Assembly (NCBI RefSeq): GCF_009914755.1
Contig: NC_060926.1
Direction: 5' to 3' (one strand)
DNA: 64,000 nucleotides
Origin: the human T2T-CHM13v2.0 reference genome, Homo sapiens
A model generated the notes under the pieces. It saw nothing but the letters and a program-made list of their open reading frames with translations, had not been told where the DNA came from and did not search any database. Below are positions 27,581 to 41,223 of this stretch, in pieces. The first letter of the stretch is position 1; each line of letters starts with the position of its first letter. The translations under genes were made by a program, and so were the position numbers.

Positions 27581-27887
27581 GAGCCAGTCCAAGCCCCAAA
27601 ACTGAAGAACTTGGAGTCCAGTGTTCGAGGGCAGGAAGCATCCAGCGCGGACGAAAGATGTAGGCTGGGAGGCTATGCCAGTCTGGTCTTTTCACATTTT
27701 TCTGCCTATTTCATATTCCAGCTGCACTGGCAGCTGATTAGATGGTGCCCACCCAGATTAAGGGTAGGTCCTCCTTTCCCAACCCACTGACTCAATCTCC
27801 TTTGGCAACACTCTCACAGACACACCCAAGATCAATACTTTGCATCCTTCAATCCAATCAAGTTGACCCTCAGTATTAACCATCACA
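27581..27887 (-). mobile_element. MLT2A (HERV-L) LTR, partial
   Basis: Minus strand begins tgtgatggttaatactgagggtcaacttgattggattgaaggatgcaaagtattg. Confidence 0.9.
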
Positions 27888-28066
27888 CTATGTTAGGTCA
27901 ATCATATCATGGTAAATAAGATCTGTATTGGGGCTCCCTTACTTGCATTCAATTATCATTTTTCATTAGAATATAATAGCACATGGGCAGGGCCTAATGT
28001 GCATGGAATGCAGTGTTCCAAACAATGTCTATTCATTTTCATACATAATTTTACCTTGTAGCATGG

Positions 28067-28495
28067 TGTGTCAGGGATCCCCAAAGCCACCCTCAGGCTT
28101 GATCATTTACTAGGACGTGCAGGACTCAGAAGCTGCTATATTCATGTTTATGGTTATCACAGTGAAATAATACAGATCAAAATCAGCAAAAAGAAAAAGT
28201 GCATGGGGTGAAGTCCAGGAGAAACCAAGAGTAAGCTTCCAGGTGTTTCCTCCCAGTAAAGTCAAACATGGATGTAGTTACTCTCCCAGAAATAAAAGTT
28301 GACAACATGTGTAAGGTTTTGCCAACCTGGGAAGTTCACAGGAGTCTTTCTTCAGGATTACTACTGGAAGTTAGTCACCTAAGCATGACTGACCTCAGCT
28401 ATCAGATTCCAGCACCATTACCTCCTTCCCTCTCACTATGTCCTCAGCAAAAGCAGGCATTCACTTTAAATCATAGTGTAAAGATAAAACACTGA
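28067..28495 (-). mobile_element. MER21-like LTR
   Basis: 'tgtgtcagggatccccaaagccaccctcagg...aaaatcagcaaa..gcatggggtgaagtccaggagaaacca'. Confidence 0.75.
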
Positions 28496-29005
28496 CACTG
28501 CCCATAGATCTAGGTATATTGCCAGAGGAACTCAGTGAAAATAAACTTACTGGAATAAATGAGGAAAATAGTTGTGATGAAAAGGATCAGGAAGTCTCAG
28601 AAGGAATGATGCTGGCAAAAAAAAAAAGAAAAAAAAATTACACTAAAAGAACTCTAGGAGATATTTCCTGACATTGAAAGTGAAAAGAATAACATGTTGT
28701 TAGATGATTCAAACCTAAAGAGCTGTATGACGAATCATCATGGCTTAGAAAAGACTATTGTTCCATACTGCAAGTTACGGTGAGTAGGAAGTACTGTTTA
28801 AACTACTCTTGTTCATTTTTAATTTTTTTTACAAAAATACAACTTAATGTTTAATGTTTAATGGTTTAAGTTGGTGCACTAAGTAAATATTAGTTTTATT
28901 AGTTTTTCATTTCCCAATACATTTATAACTGAAAGAGAGTTTTTAATGTTTTGACAAAAAAAATTTTTAAAGGTCATGGGACAATTGTACTTTTTCCTAT
29001 TAATT
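28496..29005 (+). mobile_element. TcMar-Tigger (Tigger6-like) fragment
   Basis: 'ccagaggaactcagtgaa...aaatgaggaaaatagttgtgatgaaaagga...gagatatttcctgacattgaaag'. Confidence 0.7.
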
Positions 29006-29017
29006 ATTTAAAAGTAT

Positions 29018-29450
29018 TTTTTGTTTTTAATTGTGGTAAGAAACACATAACATAAATTGTACCACGTTAATGATTTTTAAGTGCATAGTTCAACAGTGTT
29101 AATTGTATTTACATTGCTGAGCAACAGATTTTCAGAACATTTTCATCTTGCAAAACTAAAACTCAGTACCCATTAATCAACAACTTCCCATTTTCTCTTT
29201 CCCCCAGCTCCTGTTAACCACCATTCTACTTTCTGTTTTTATGAATCTGACTACTTTAGATATCTCATATAAGTGAAATCAATACTATTTGTCTTTTTGT
29301 GATTGGCATATTTGACTTAGCATTATGTTATTAGGATTTGTCCATGTTGTAAAATGTGACAGAATTTCCTTCTTTTTTAAGACTAAATAATGCATCATAC
29401 ACATATGCCATCTTTTGTTTATCCATTCATCTGTAGATGGACATTTAGTC
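29018..29450 (-). mobile_element. L1MA/L1MB 3' end
   Basis: 'tttcatcttgcaaaactaaaactc...ccaccattctactttctgtttttatgaatctgactactttaga'. Confidence 0.85.
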
Positions 29451-29709
29451 CCTGTCTCCAGAGAAATATACTTGGGAAATAAATTGTATTAAGTGTTCAC
29501 ATAGCCTTAAAGAAAAATGTTCACATTCAGACACATTCATACTTATGCTCAGATGATAATACACTCATGTATATCTATAGATGTTCCTTTCACTGATTTG
29601 TTAATACTTTATATTAATTTCAAAGACTCTTACAGTCATTATCAGAATGCAGATTTATTTATAGTCCTTCATGTTTCTAGGATTAATATTTTCATCTGCT
29701 ATTTTGAAC

Positions 29710-30750
29710 ATGCATTCATCCAACAGATGTTTACTTGACTTCTGCTACATTCCAGAAGCTATGCTGGGTGCTTGGAATACATAAATTGATAAGGTCTCTG
29801 TCATATTAGAAAGTATATTTTTACATGGGGAGAAAGTAAACAAGTATGTATCATAAACAAGAAAATTGAGTAGTATGTTAGACAGTAGGTATTCTGGAAA
29901 AAAATTAAAAAATACAGAGCAAGATGAAGCAGGCTGGATGTAAAGAGGAGAGAGCAGGCAAGTTGTAGTGCTTAACAGGATGGTCAGGGAAGTCTTTAGT
30001 GAACAAAACTTACATGTGGTAAAGGCTTTGTCCTTGTGGATATAGGGTGAAGAAGATAATCTAAGTGGCACAAACAGCCAGTGAAAAGCTCCTAAGGCAA
30101 GAGCAAACCTCTTATGTTCAAAGAAAGTAGAATCCAGTGTAGCTTGAGCAGAGGCAACAAGGGTAAGAAAGGTAATGGATGAGATCAGAGAGGGGGCTCT
30201 GATCATTGAGAGGACTCTGGCTTTCACTGTGAGGAAATGGGAATGAAGCCATAGCAGGGTTTTGAGTAGAGGACTAAGTGAATGGACTGTCTTTGTTAAA
30301 TGGCTCACTCCAGCTACAATGTTCAGAGAAGTCCATGGGGCTAGGGGACAAAAGTGGAAATGAAGAGATCACACCAGAGATACTGCAGTTATCCAGACAA
30401 AACATTATGTTGGTAGCAGTGAAAATGGTGAGGACTCACTGGGTTCTAGATATATTTGAAAAGTAGAGAATATTGGGTTTCCTAAAGTGATGGATTTGGA
30501 GTGTAAATGATGACAAGCTTTGGCCTGAATATTTTAATGTATAGAACTGTTAATCATCTGAGATGAGGAAAGCTATTGGAGAAACAAATCTCTGGGAAAA
30601 AATCAATTAAGTTCGACAATATGATTTTGAGAATTTGATATTATTAAAAGGGAGATGCTATAAAGTCAGTATGTTAAAGAAGTTTTGAGTTATGGAGATA
30701 GGTATGAGCTGTAGATTTCTGTTTGGAAGTTGGAGAAATCAACAGCTTTG
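29710..30750 (-). mobile_element. L2 (3' ~1 kb)
   Basis: Antisense L2 tail 'attcatccaacagatgtttact' and internal L2 motifs. Confidence 0.75.
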
Positions 30751-30754
30751 AAAG

Positions 30755-31030
30755 CAGGGCCAACTACATAATAGGTGGGATCCAGGGCAATAAAATGTGA
30801 AATACCCTGTTCAAAAGACAGAAAATCCATTTTTTAATTCAGCACTCTCTCTTTCAATGAGTGAGTTCACATCCTCACAGACACTCAGGTCCCCACCTGG
30901 CAGCAAAGGGCACAGGCCCCCAATTTTAACCCTCCTTACACCCGCACCCAGGCCCCTTGCAGGTGCAGAAGGTGGCAGTGATGGCTGGGTGTGGGCAATA
31001 AGGCAGGAGGCAGAGAACCTATCTTGGAGA
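30755..31030. mobile_element. hAT-Tip100 (MER45-like) fragment
   Basis: 'cagggccaactacataat...ccagggcaataaaatgtgaaataccctgttcaaaa' resembles the MER45 terminus. Confidence 0.5.
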
Positions 31031-31155
31031 GGTGGAGAGGTGATGGGAGGAGAGAATGCATGCACCTACCTTGAAATGTAAGCCCTATAGCTTTAAATGA
31101 CTTTCAATTTCTTTGTGGAATTTTATAAGACAGATTATATTACTCAATGATTTAA

Positions 31156-31515
<360 letters not shown>

Positions 31516-32574
31516 TGACATTTGGGCAGCCTCTGTTTTTAAAGAAATCCTTTGGACAAAAATCAAGGTGGTCAAATCATTAATCTACTAATTTTTTTCC
31601 ACAAATATTTCTTGATCATTTACTATAGTCTTTAAATCCCTAGGATACATTTTTTTAAAGATTAAGTAAAATTGTATTATTAATATTTATTTTAAAATTG
31701 TGTCTCTTATTTGAATACTCAAGACATTTGTGTAAATAGCAACCCTTTTTATAGATAAATACACATTACAAAATATCAGTTGACTATTTTAAATAACTTA
31801 ATTTTTGATGTTTATTTTAAAATCATCTTATTACAATATTAGCATTTCTAATTTTGTTTTACCACCCACATAACAGTTTTTTAATGTGTAAAACCTGGGT
31901 TAGAATAAACTTAACACATAGCACATTTATGCAATGAAAATTATAACAAGATTATACTAAAAGGTTTCATTTCTAACCTTGATTCATCACTATTGACTTT
32001 AAAAGGGAAGATGTACCTTTCTTTAAAAATTATGGAGATGCAAATTTAAAAACACAAAATAGCAAAAATGCATGCTAAAATAAATATAAAATAAAAAGAA
32101 ATAGCGGAGTTGTGGAAAGAATAGTTATAAGGATAAATGCTTTTTCAGGAAGTAGATTATATGCCAAAGCAATTCCAAAATTAAGTGTAATTATTTTTAA
32201 TAGTAGTAGTTAATTCTTCTGAGACATACATATAGTTCTGTATTTTAAATATTTTCCATGCTGTTTTATGTTGGAAGTGACTTGTGGACATTAAATTTAT
32301 ACAAAGTCAATTGTACTATACATTTATTATGTTTAATGTAAATAATGATTCATATTTTAAAGATGAGATTGTTTATATACAGAATAATGCTTTGATAGAA
32401 ATAGTGATGTTACTGTTAATAGTGAAAATATATCAGCAATATTCCTACCTCGTATTCTAGTATCAAATTAGTGTATGGTAAAATCTAGTTCTGGTTTTTA
32501 CAGAAGCTGACTTATTAAACTTATTTAACCCATTTTAAAACATGCTTATTATAAGGTTCTTCACTTTTCCCTAT

Positions 32575-33020
32575 TTTATTCCTTGTCCCGACAGAAAAAT
32601 ATAAGAGTTTCTTGGCTGCTCTGTGACCCAGCCAGCTGCATGTTTTCCTCTGCAGGCTGAATCTAATAACGATGTTCAGGTTCTTGCCCAAAACACTGAC
32701 AGAAACGTGCCCTGGCCCTGAGCCAAGTTCCTTAAAGTTTCCTATAAACTCCATGCACCTTAGCCCCTCCTTGTAAATATATTGAGATAGAATATCCCTT
32801 GTATCACTTTCCTTTGGAGGATACACTGCAGCCCCACCGCTCCCAATATAAGTAAGTTCCTCTGATAAATGCTTTGAATTGCTCACCCTGCCTTTTAGTG
32901 CTTCTTTCTTTGGAACCAGAACCAACCTCTGTCAAGATGGTTTGGGACACCTCCTCTTGGTAATACCTCTGCCACCACTTTTGGGGTGACTACAGGCTCA
33001 GATTCATCAGGACAGAACCT
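32575..33020 (+). mobile_element. Old ERV1-type solo LTR (MER31-like)
   Basis: GC-richer block with TATA-like 'cctataaa', polyA-like 'gataaatgcttt' and terminus 'cacttttggggtgactacaggc..caggacagaac'. Confidence 0.55.
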
Positions 33021-35574
33021 GTGCTTGATTAAAAACAGCCATTTTAATTAGAAATAAGAAAATAACCAGGCTGTTTGCCATTTTGTTCACCTTCTTTCAT
33101 TGTTTCCTTTTTCCATTTTCCACATTATTATTTTGGAATATCAAATTCATCTGTGAGAGTTACTTGCAGATTGGTGTTTTTAGGCACTTGCACTTCTTTT
33201 GGTGGCATATAAAATATAGCATTAAATGTTCAATTGTGTATCCTTTCCAATTTTTGAGGTTTTTACTTTTCTTCAATTGTAATTTGAGATAGTCTATAAG
33301 AGGCAAAATTTCTCATTTTAATTTTGTCTAAAACTCCAAAAATTATTGACTACAATGTCAGAATGGTTATCATGGATTGTTTTTGTGTAATGGAGGGAAG
33401 ATAACTATTAGAACATCGACCATTTGACATTCTTACTCCTCACATTAAGGAAATGATAAATATTCTGTATGTATATAATTAATAATGTAATCAAATTATT
33501 CATTTTGAAAAATTTAGTTGAAATTTATAAGATAATTCATATAATGGCAAGTTGCTTAGTGTCTCTAGGTGAGCCCATAATTGCATTATAAATGCCCCTA
33601 TAATCAGCACTGACAGCAATCTCGGATGTGTTCTACTTGTTCCCATGGAGAGAGGTGCTCAAGCATTCTGTTTTGAATGAAAACTCACATTAACATGCAT
33701 GGATCTATTATGTTATATATCTTCATATAAATTTTACATCTTTTAAACTTCAGGAAATATGTATATGAATATGAGCAATCAATCAATGAATAGGTTTTAA
33801 TTATCTTTAACTTCTCCATATTGTTGGAATTTAGAATTTCTCTAACACAGCAAGCTTGACACTTCTATATGTAACTAAATATTCAAGATTCATGAAACTT
33901 ATAATTTAGGCTCATTTTCTTCATTTTTTTTAATTGAAAGCATTCAACTCTGTATATAAAACTCTTTTCCTTCCTAAGAAATAAAATCAAATTCATGCCT
34001 GTCTAAAAGCAGAAAATTAAGTTATATTGTGAGTGTGACCCATTTAAAGCAGCTCTATTTTATGCCTCACAGTTTTAAATGGACCAACTTATTTAAGTAA
34101 CTGAACATAGGCTTAGAAGGGAAAATCTAACAACTGGAACAGTGTGATGATGATATCTTGTAAATTTCCCTCCCCTGTGATCCATTGGCTTGTCTAAGCT
34201 TTATTTTTGTTTCTTTTTTTCTCTTCTGTAGGTTATTTCCTGTAGAGACAGTAGGAAAAACTGAGGGTTATTTTTCTGTTCTTGCTATTGAAAAATAAAT
34301 CTCTGTTTTACATTCAGTGTTTCGTTCTGCTCTAAGTATCTTAGGTAATATGCATATCTACTTTATAGGTATTGCCTAAAGCATAAAATAATGTAACAGA
34401 AAATTAATGAAATGCGTTCTCTTATTTCTCTTTTGAAGAGAGTGTCAATGTTTATGAAAATAATAAATTGACCAGTAGCTAGGCAAGTTCAAGTTGTTCT
34501 TTTTTTTTAAAATAGAATTGTTGCTGGATAAACATTTTGATCAGAGGCATGCTCACTGGAGGTCTTTCTAAGGACAGCTTGCTAGTGATGTCAAATTAAG
34601 AAGTGCAGGCTAATGTTCTGGGACCTTCTGTATACTAAAGCCAACAGAACAGGCTTAGATAAAGTGCCCTGTTCCTGTCAATGTTAGATGGGTTGTATAA
34701 GCTCTGTCTGGCAGCTTGTGAAATTATCTTTCCAAGAGAGACAAGAAGGGTGGAGATGTTATTTAAATAAGCATCAAAAGTACCCTCTGCTTAGTTATTC
34801 AGGGCCAAAAAATTAGCATAAAAATCCTAGTTCTGTAAAAATGTACATTTTCTCAAACAACATTAGGCAACCCACAAGCTTTAGACAAACAACTGGCACA
34901 TTGCTTCTGACATGAAAAATGAACCCCAACCACATGGAAAGCACATTCCAGCTATAATACTTGTCTTCTCATCATGGATCATAGCTTTGGCCTGGAGTCT
35001 TCCATTCCTCTTTGCTGAAGTAACAGCAGTGAGAGAAGCCAGTATCTTGGGGCTTTCCATTGTGTCCAGGTCTTAATCATGGCCCTACATAGGCAAAAAT
35101 GTGTCAAAGTGGTTGGCAATATAATGACCCAGAAGTGTTAGCCCTTTTGGCAAAATGCAGGCCAGCATAAGGTTGCTCCATATGTGCTTCCAATGAAGAA
35201 CTGATTTGCCAGATCTCTCAAACAGCCTAGCCATGAGCACTGCGAGCATTGGAAATTTACCATAATGGTAAATGAAACAGCAAAATAGCCTTTCATTAAC
35301 TTCACATCTGAACTAAGGACAGAATTCTAGGTCATTAGAATGTCTTATTTTTGAAATCCAGTCAAAATCATTTATGATGTACAATGATTGAGTTGTAGCA
35401 CAAGAGGAAGCAAGACATAAATTTACTTCAAGTAAAACAGAAATCTAGAGAAATTAAATATAATGTCCATAAAATAAAAAAATTGAAAATGTAATCTAGG
35501 TTTTCAAACCCTGGGTTATGAACTCTTGTAACTGCACAAAAGTGACTGACTTTACCCTGCAGAGAGTTAAACTA

Positions 35575-36620
35575 GTAGTTTGTTCACTTATTTGGCAAAT
35601 ATGTTTTGAGACTAATGGTACGTCAAGTACTGACCTAGGAACTAAAGATAAAGAGGTAAGTCAGACAAGAGGGTTTATGGAGCTTAAATTCTAGGGTGGG
35701 GAGACACAGAATAAGTAAGTAAAAAAAAATAACAAAATAATTTCAGATGAAGAAAAGTATTGCTAAATTATTCAGTCAATCAAATAGCCAGTGTGAAGAG
35801 AGGATGGGAAGGTTACTTTAGATTTAGTGGTAAAAGAAAGAATTCCTGAGAAAATGATACTTGAGCTGATATCTTAATAGTAAAAATAAATCATCCCATT
35901 ACATGGTCTTGGGGAGAACATTTCAGGCAGAAGGAACACAAAGTGTTACGGCCTTAAAATGAAAATGATCCTCATGTGTAAAGGAATAAAAGGAAAACCA
36001 TGGTGGCAATAGTAGATTTGACAAGGAGGAGAGTCTTCTGGAATGAGGTAGCCAGTGTCCAGATTATAAAAAGTTTAGTAAACCAGAGTAAAATAGTTGC
36101 TATTTTGTTCCAAATATAATGAAATAATTTTCTAGGGTATTAAAGAGGGTAGTGACATCATCCTATTTGTATTTTGGAAAGATAACCCTGGCAGGAAAGG
36201 TAAGGGGGAGTAAGAATATATTTATGGAGACTGCTTTGGAGTCCAGGCAAGCTAAATGGTGGCTTGGACTAGAATTTTAATATTGGAAATAGAACATAAT
36301 ATTGGACATATTTTGGAGACAAAGTTGAAGAATTTGTTGGTGGATAAATTTTAGGGATGAGGGGAAAGGGAGTGTCAAAAATAACTTCTGAGATTTGGCT
36401 TGAGTAATTTGTTAAATAGAAATGGACTTTATTTAGATAGAGAAGGAACCAAAAAGAAGTAGAAATTTTTGTTGGGTGGGGGAAGATAATCCAGAGTTCT
36501 ATTTTGGCCATAAAAGAAGTTTGAGACAGTCATCTAAAATTCCCGGGAAAGAGTCAAGAAGGTAGTAGTGTATAAAACAATGCAAGTCAGAGGAACAATC
36601 AGAGCTATACATGTATCTTT
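35575..36620 (-). mobile_element. L2
   Basis: 'gaacatttcaggcagaaggaacac', 'agtgacatcatcctatttgtattttggaaagataaccctggc'. Confidence 0.8.
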
Positions 36621-36849
36621 CTCAGTTAGCACTGGGTCAGCATGTCTTGAAGTGTACCTCTAGGTATATGGAACATCTAGGGGGAGAGTTGTTTTGCTGC
36701 TTTCAGAGTCCTCTTTCTCCATCATCCTTAAACATCTCCAAGTTAGAGCACATACTATTAGACTATACTACTGCTACTCAATGTACCCCTCTACAGATTC
36801 TCAAGTTGTTCTTATTCCCTGAAAATTTTAGGATACAATTTGCATGCTT

Positions 36850-39330
36850 TCTTTCCAATACTACTCTTGTCATAGTCTTAATTCTGAATATCCATATGGG
36901 CAATCATTCTCATACCCTAGCTTCAGAGTTTCATGATCTGTAATAATCTTCTGCCCCAACATACCTACTTCCTTAGTCACTTACCATCTAGATCTTGCCA
37001 CTGCCCCCAAAGACTCAAATTTGAGCATCCTATTTCCTAACAGCCATCTTCTGCCTTTCTCATGGTCCCTCTTGTACTTAGATTCCAGCTATTCTCTCAC
37101 TAATATTTGATTGATTTTCTTCCTCTTTTTTCCTCCAAGACTCTCATAATGATCCATCATTGTAATCACTTCCTTCCATCTCTTCTTTACATGTTTGGCC
37201 TCTTAACCCTCTATGTTTCCTGCCAGTCAAACTCTAAACACAAGTTAAATCCAACCTTTTCCCCATTCTATGCCTAACTCTGGGCAATTAAATGTGGCTA
37301 GGAATAAGCAATCATGCGTATGTATTTCCATTTAAATTTGATACTCACTAAGTTCAGATGGTCCTTAAGGAAATTGTTGAATTTCCATTGCCAGTTCACT
37401 TTTTGACAGTTCCTGACAATTCTTCAACACTGTCTATGTCTTCCAACTTTTAACACCTTCGTTTTTCCTTCAGACTTGGGCTGATAACTTTGTTTATATT
37501 TCTTTGGAGGGCAAAACTATATATATAAAGTTAGAAGAAAATAATCTGGAAATCTCCACTCTCAAATCTACCAACCTCTATCCATATACCCTACCATCTC
37601 TCCTATTATTATGGAATATTCTCCATGCTCACAACAAAGCCATCTCATCCATTTGTGCAATGAATCCCGTCCCCCAGCAATTCAATGACATTGCCCCAGG
37701 AATTTTCCCCTCTGTCTTCTCCATCAATATTTTCCCTTCATCTTAAATAATCCTCATTAGCCTATTGACCTGTGGTTACACCTGATAGGAATCAAATTCT
37801 TCTTCTTTGAGCCTACATCCTCCTTCAGGTATCACCTCATATTTCTGGCAATGCATTTAGCAAAATAATTTACAAGAGCTCTCTGGAGCCTACCAGCCAT
37901 TCCTGCCTCCTCCCTCTATTTATTTCACACTCTTGTAGCACTTTATTCCTTCTACCTTCAGAAAATATACCTAGTTCATTGACTACTCTTCATCTCAACT
38001 AATACCACCCTGGATCAAGCCATTATTTTCTTTTGCTCAGCCTGTAATTGACACCATTTGGTTTCCCTATATGAATTTCCTGCTTTCCTAGAGGAGTTAC
38101 TGATACTCTTAAAATATAAGTCTGATTATGCTATTTTTTTGCTAAACCCCCTTCACAATAACTTCCCATCGCATTGTAAAAACTAAATGTAATTGTTTTA
38201 CATTTCTCATCTTTCCATCTTCACTGTAAGGCTTTCTCTCTGTTGCTGCAGTCCCACTACTATCTTTCCTCTCATGCCCAGCCTTTTTCCACTATGGGGC
38301 CTTTGCATGCACTGTTCCTCTTGGCATCACTGGTTCCTTTCATTTCTCAAGGCTTAGAAAAGACTTTCCTAAATCCTCATAAATAGAACTTGTTATTATA
38401 ACATCATACTTTCTTCCTTCATAGCATTTTTTCAATTTATAAATACATATTTACTTTTTGTCTGTTTTATCTTTTTTTTTAGACTATCAACTTCATGAAA
38501 GTAGAAACTATGTTTCATTAATTACCGTTCCAATATTTGGTAGTATGCTGCTTGCTACATAGTAAATGTTTAACAAATAGTTGTTAAAAAGAAAAACAGT
38601 AACAACAAACACAGCTCTCTGTACTCCCTGGCTTCACTTATACTCTTCCATTTCTCTCTTGAATCAACTCCAGTCAGATTTCTTATTCCATCTAGCTAGA
38701 GAAACAATTTTTATTAGAGTCACCTGAGACCTCAATGTGATCAAACTCAACCAGTAACTGATTATTTTCTTTCTTAGCTTCTGGGATTATCACCGTATTG
38801 AGAATTTCCTAAATCACTGGTGCTTCTTTTCTGTTTGCTCTGCTAGTTCCACTTAATTTACACTTACAAATTTGGAGTATATTGGGGTTCAGTCTTTATC
38901 TTAGACAGCTTCTCTTATTTATCCACACTAATTTCTCATACCTTCAGTACACTATGAACCATAAATTTCGACTTCAAGTCTGGGCAACTTTCTAGAGCTC
39001 TAAATATGAACATACAACTACATACTCAACATCTTTATTTTGATAACTAATAAAAATCTTAATATGTTAAAAATCAAATCTCTGATTTGATTGTAAATTC
39101 CACCAACTCTATTCTGCACTTCAGAAAATATCAACATTATTCATTTAATGCTTCTGGTTAAGGACTTTAGAGTTACTTTAATTGTTCTCTTTTTTTTTTT
39201 TTCGTATCCCAAATCCAAATTATCTGCAAATCTCTCTTCCATTTATGCTGAGAATATTACCAGTTCTCACTCTACTACCACCTTTATCCAAACTATTATA
39301 CTTTTTGTCTATGGTATCTTTCAGTAGTCT
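36850..39330 (+). mobile_element. L2 fragments (nested)
   Basis: Pyrimidine-rich L2 motifs; a 3' end near 38480-38590. Confidence 0.65.
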
Positions 39331-39334
39331 TTTC

Positions 39335-39788
39335 TGGTCACTAATTTCAGGTGTCAACTTGATTTGATTAAGGAATACCTAGAGAACTAGGAAAGTATTA
39401 TTTTGGGGTGTATCTGTGAGGGTATTTCCAGAGGAGATTTCATGTGAGTCTGTGTGGACTAAGTGGGGAAAGTCTTCTTTCAATGTGGGTGGGCACAATC
39501 TAATTGGCTGGGGTCCCAGATAGAACAAAAACTGAAGAAAAGTGAATTAGTCTAGCTGTCTTGTGCAGCTAGGATACACTCTGCTTCTCCTGCCCTTGGA
39601 CCTCAGAATTTCAGGAATTCTGGCCTTTGGACTCCAAAACATACAGCATGGCTACTCAGGTTCTCAGGTTTTTTGACTTGAAATGAGTCATGCTACTGCC
39701 ATCCCAGGGTCTTTGGTTTGCAGACCACCTGTTATGGAACTTGGCCTCCATAATCATGTGGGCCAATTCCCTTAATAAATCTCCTCTC

Positions 39789-39839
<51 letters not shown>

Positions 39840-39890
39840 ATCTATCTATTTCCTATTGGTTTTATCTGTCTGGAGAGCCCTGACTAACAC
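39335..39890 (+). mobile_element. MLT2B/C (ERVL) solo LTR
   Basis: 'aggtgtcaacttgatttgattaaggaatacctagag' ... 'tctgtctggagagccctgactaacac'. Confidence 0.88.
39789..39847. repeat. (ATCT)12 ATC (ATCT)2 tetranucleotide STR
   Basis: Directly visible, within the MLT2 LTR. Confidence 0.95.
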
Positions 39891-40009
39891 CTCTTCTAAA
39901 TGGTCTCTCTTATTTCTACTCTCGCCCTTCTATTGTCCATTCTTCTCCTTTTTTTTTTCTTTCAGTTAATAAAATTGTGTTAGGGAATTCTGTTCAGTAG
40001 ATTTTCTTT

Positions 40010-40462
40010 CCTTTTCTTAATTATACTTTAAGTTCTGGGGTACATGTGCAGAACGTGCAGTTTTGTTACATAGGTATACATGTGCCACAGTGGTTTGCTG
40101 CACCCATTAACTCATCACCTACATTAGGTATTTATCCTAATGTTATCCCTCCCCTAACCCCCACTCCCAGACAGGCCCTGGTGTGTGATGTTTTTCTCCC
40201 TGTGTCCATGTGTTCTCATTGTTCACCTCCCACTTATGAGTGAGAACATGGTGTGTTTGATTTTCTGTTCTTTAGTTAGTTTGCTGAGAATCATGGTTTC
40301 CAGCTTCATCCATGTCCCTGCAAAGGACATGAACTCATCCTTTTTTATGGCTGCATAGTATTTATTCCATGATGTACATGTGCCACATTTTCTTTATCCA
40401 GTCTATCATTGATGGACATTTATGTTGGTTCCAAGTCTTTGCTATTGTGAATAGTGCTGCAA
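40010..40462 (-). mobile_element. 5'-truncated L1PA (about PA6-8) 3' end
   Basis: 'ttatactttaagttctggggtacatgtgcagaacgtgcag' and the antisense ORF2 C-terminus. Confidence 0.92.
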
Positions 40463-40779
40463 GTAGTAGACTTGCAGACTATCTGTCTTTTAAAAGTTAA
40501 CTCAGATAATGTCACTTCTTTTTACATAATCCTATGGTAAAACAAAAGCCCTTAGAATGATGCAGCAATGTATCTGTGATCTCTTTGCTCCCTCTTCAGG
40601 TTCACTGTGTATCATCGTGCCTCTTGCTCACTTTGTTCCAATCATCTGGTTCTCCTTGATGTTCCTTGGACACGCAAAGGAACATCAAGCACACTCCCAC
40701 CCCACAGCATTTGCACACTCTCTGGTTCCTATTCTTCAAATTCCTGTGTGGTTCAGTTTTTCACTTCCATATTGTCTTC

Positions 40780-41223
40780 TCTTTTAGTCTGTTTGTGTTG
40801 CTATGCAAGAACACCTGAGGCTGGGCAATTAAAAAAGAAAACAGGTTTATTTGGCTCATGATTCTGCAGGCTATACAAGAAGAACGGTGCCAGCATTTGC
40901 TTCCGGTGAGGGCTTCAGGCTGCTTCCACTCATGGTGGAAGGCAAAGCAGAGCCAACATGTACAGAGATCACATGGAAAGAGAAGGAGGCAAGAATGAGA
41001 AAGGGAAGGTGCCAGGCTCTTTTTAAAACTAGCTCTTGGAGTTATCTTTCACAAGACTTAATAGAGTCAAAATTCACTCATTCCTGCAAGAATGGCACCA
41101 AGCCTTTCTTTCCTGAAGGAACTGCCACCATGACCCAAACACCTCCCATTAGGCCTAACCTACAACACTGGGGAATCACACTTCAACATGAAGTTTGGAG
41201 TGTCAAATATCCAAATTATAGCA
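40780..41223 (-). mobile_element. MSTB-type MaLR solo LTR
   Basis: 'ttagtctgtttgtgttgctat...ttggctcatgattctgcaggct...caaatatccaaattatagca'. Confidence 0.88.

Noticed and set aside
29745-30308. Longest ORF (187 aa, minus strand)
   Set aside because: Lies wholly within a decayed L2; no recognisable domain or exon structure.
32521-32925. 134-aa ORF on the minus strand
   Set aside because: Antisense to an LTR-like element; no protein family recognised.
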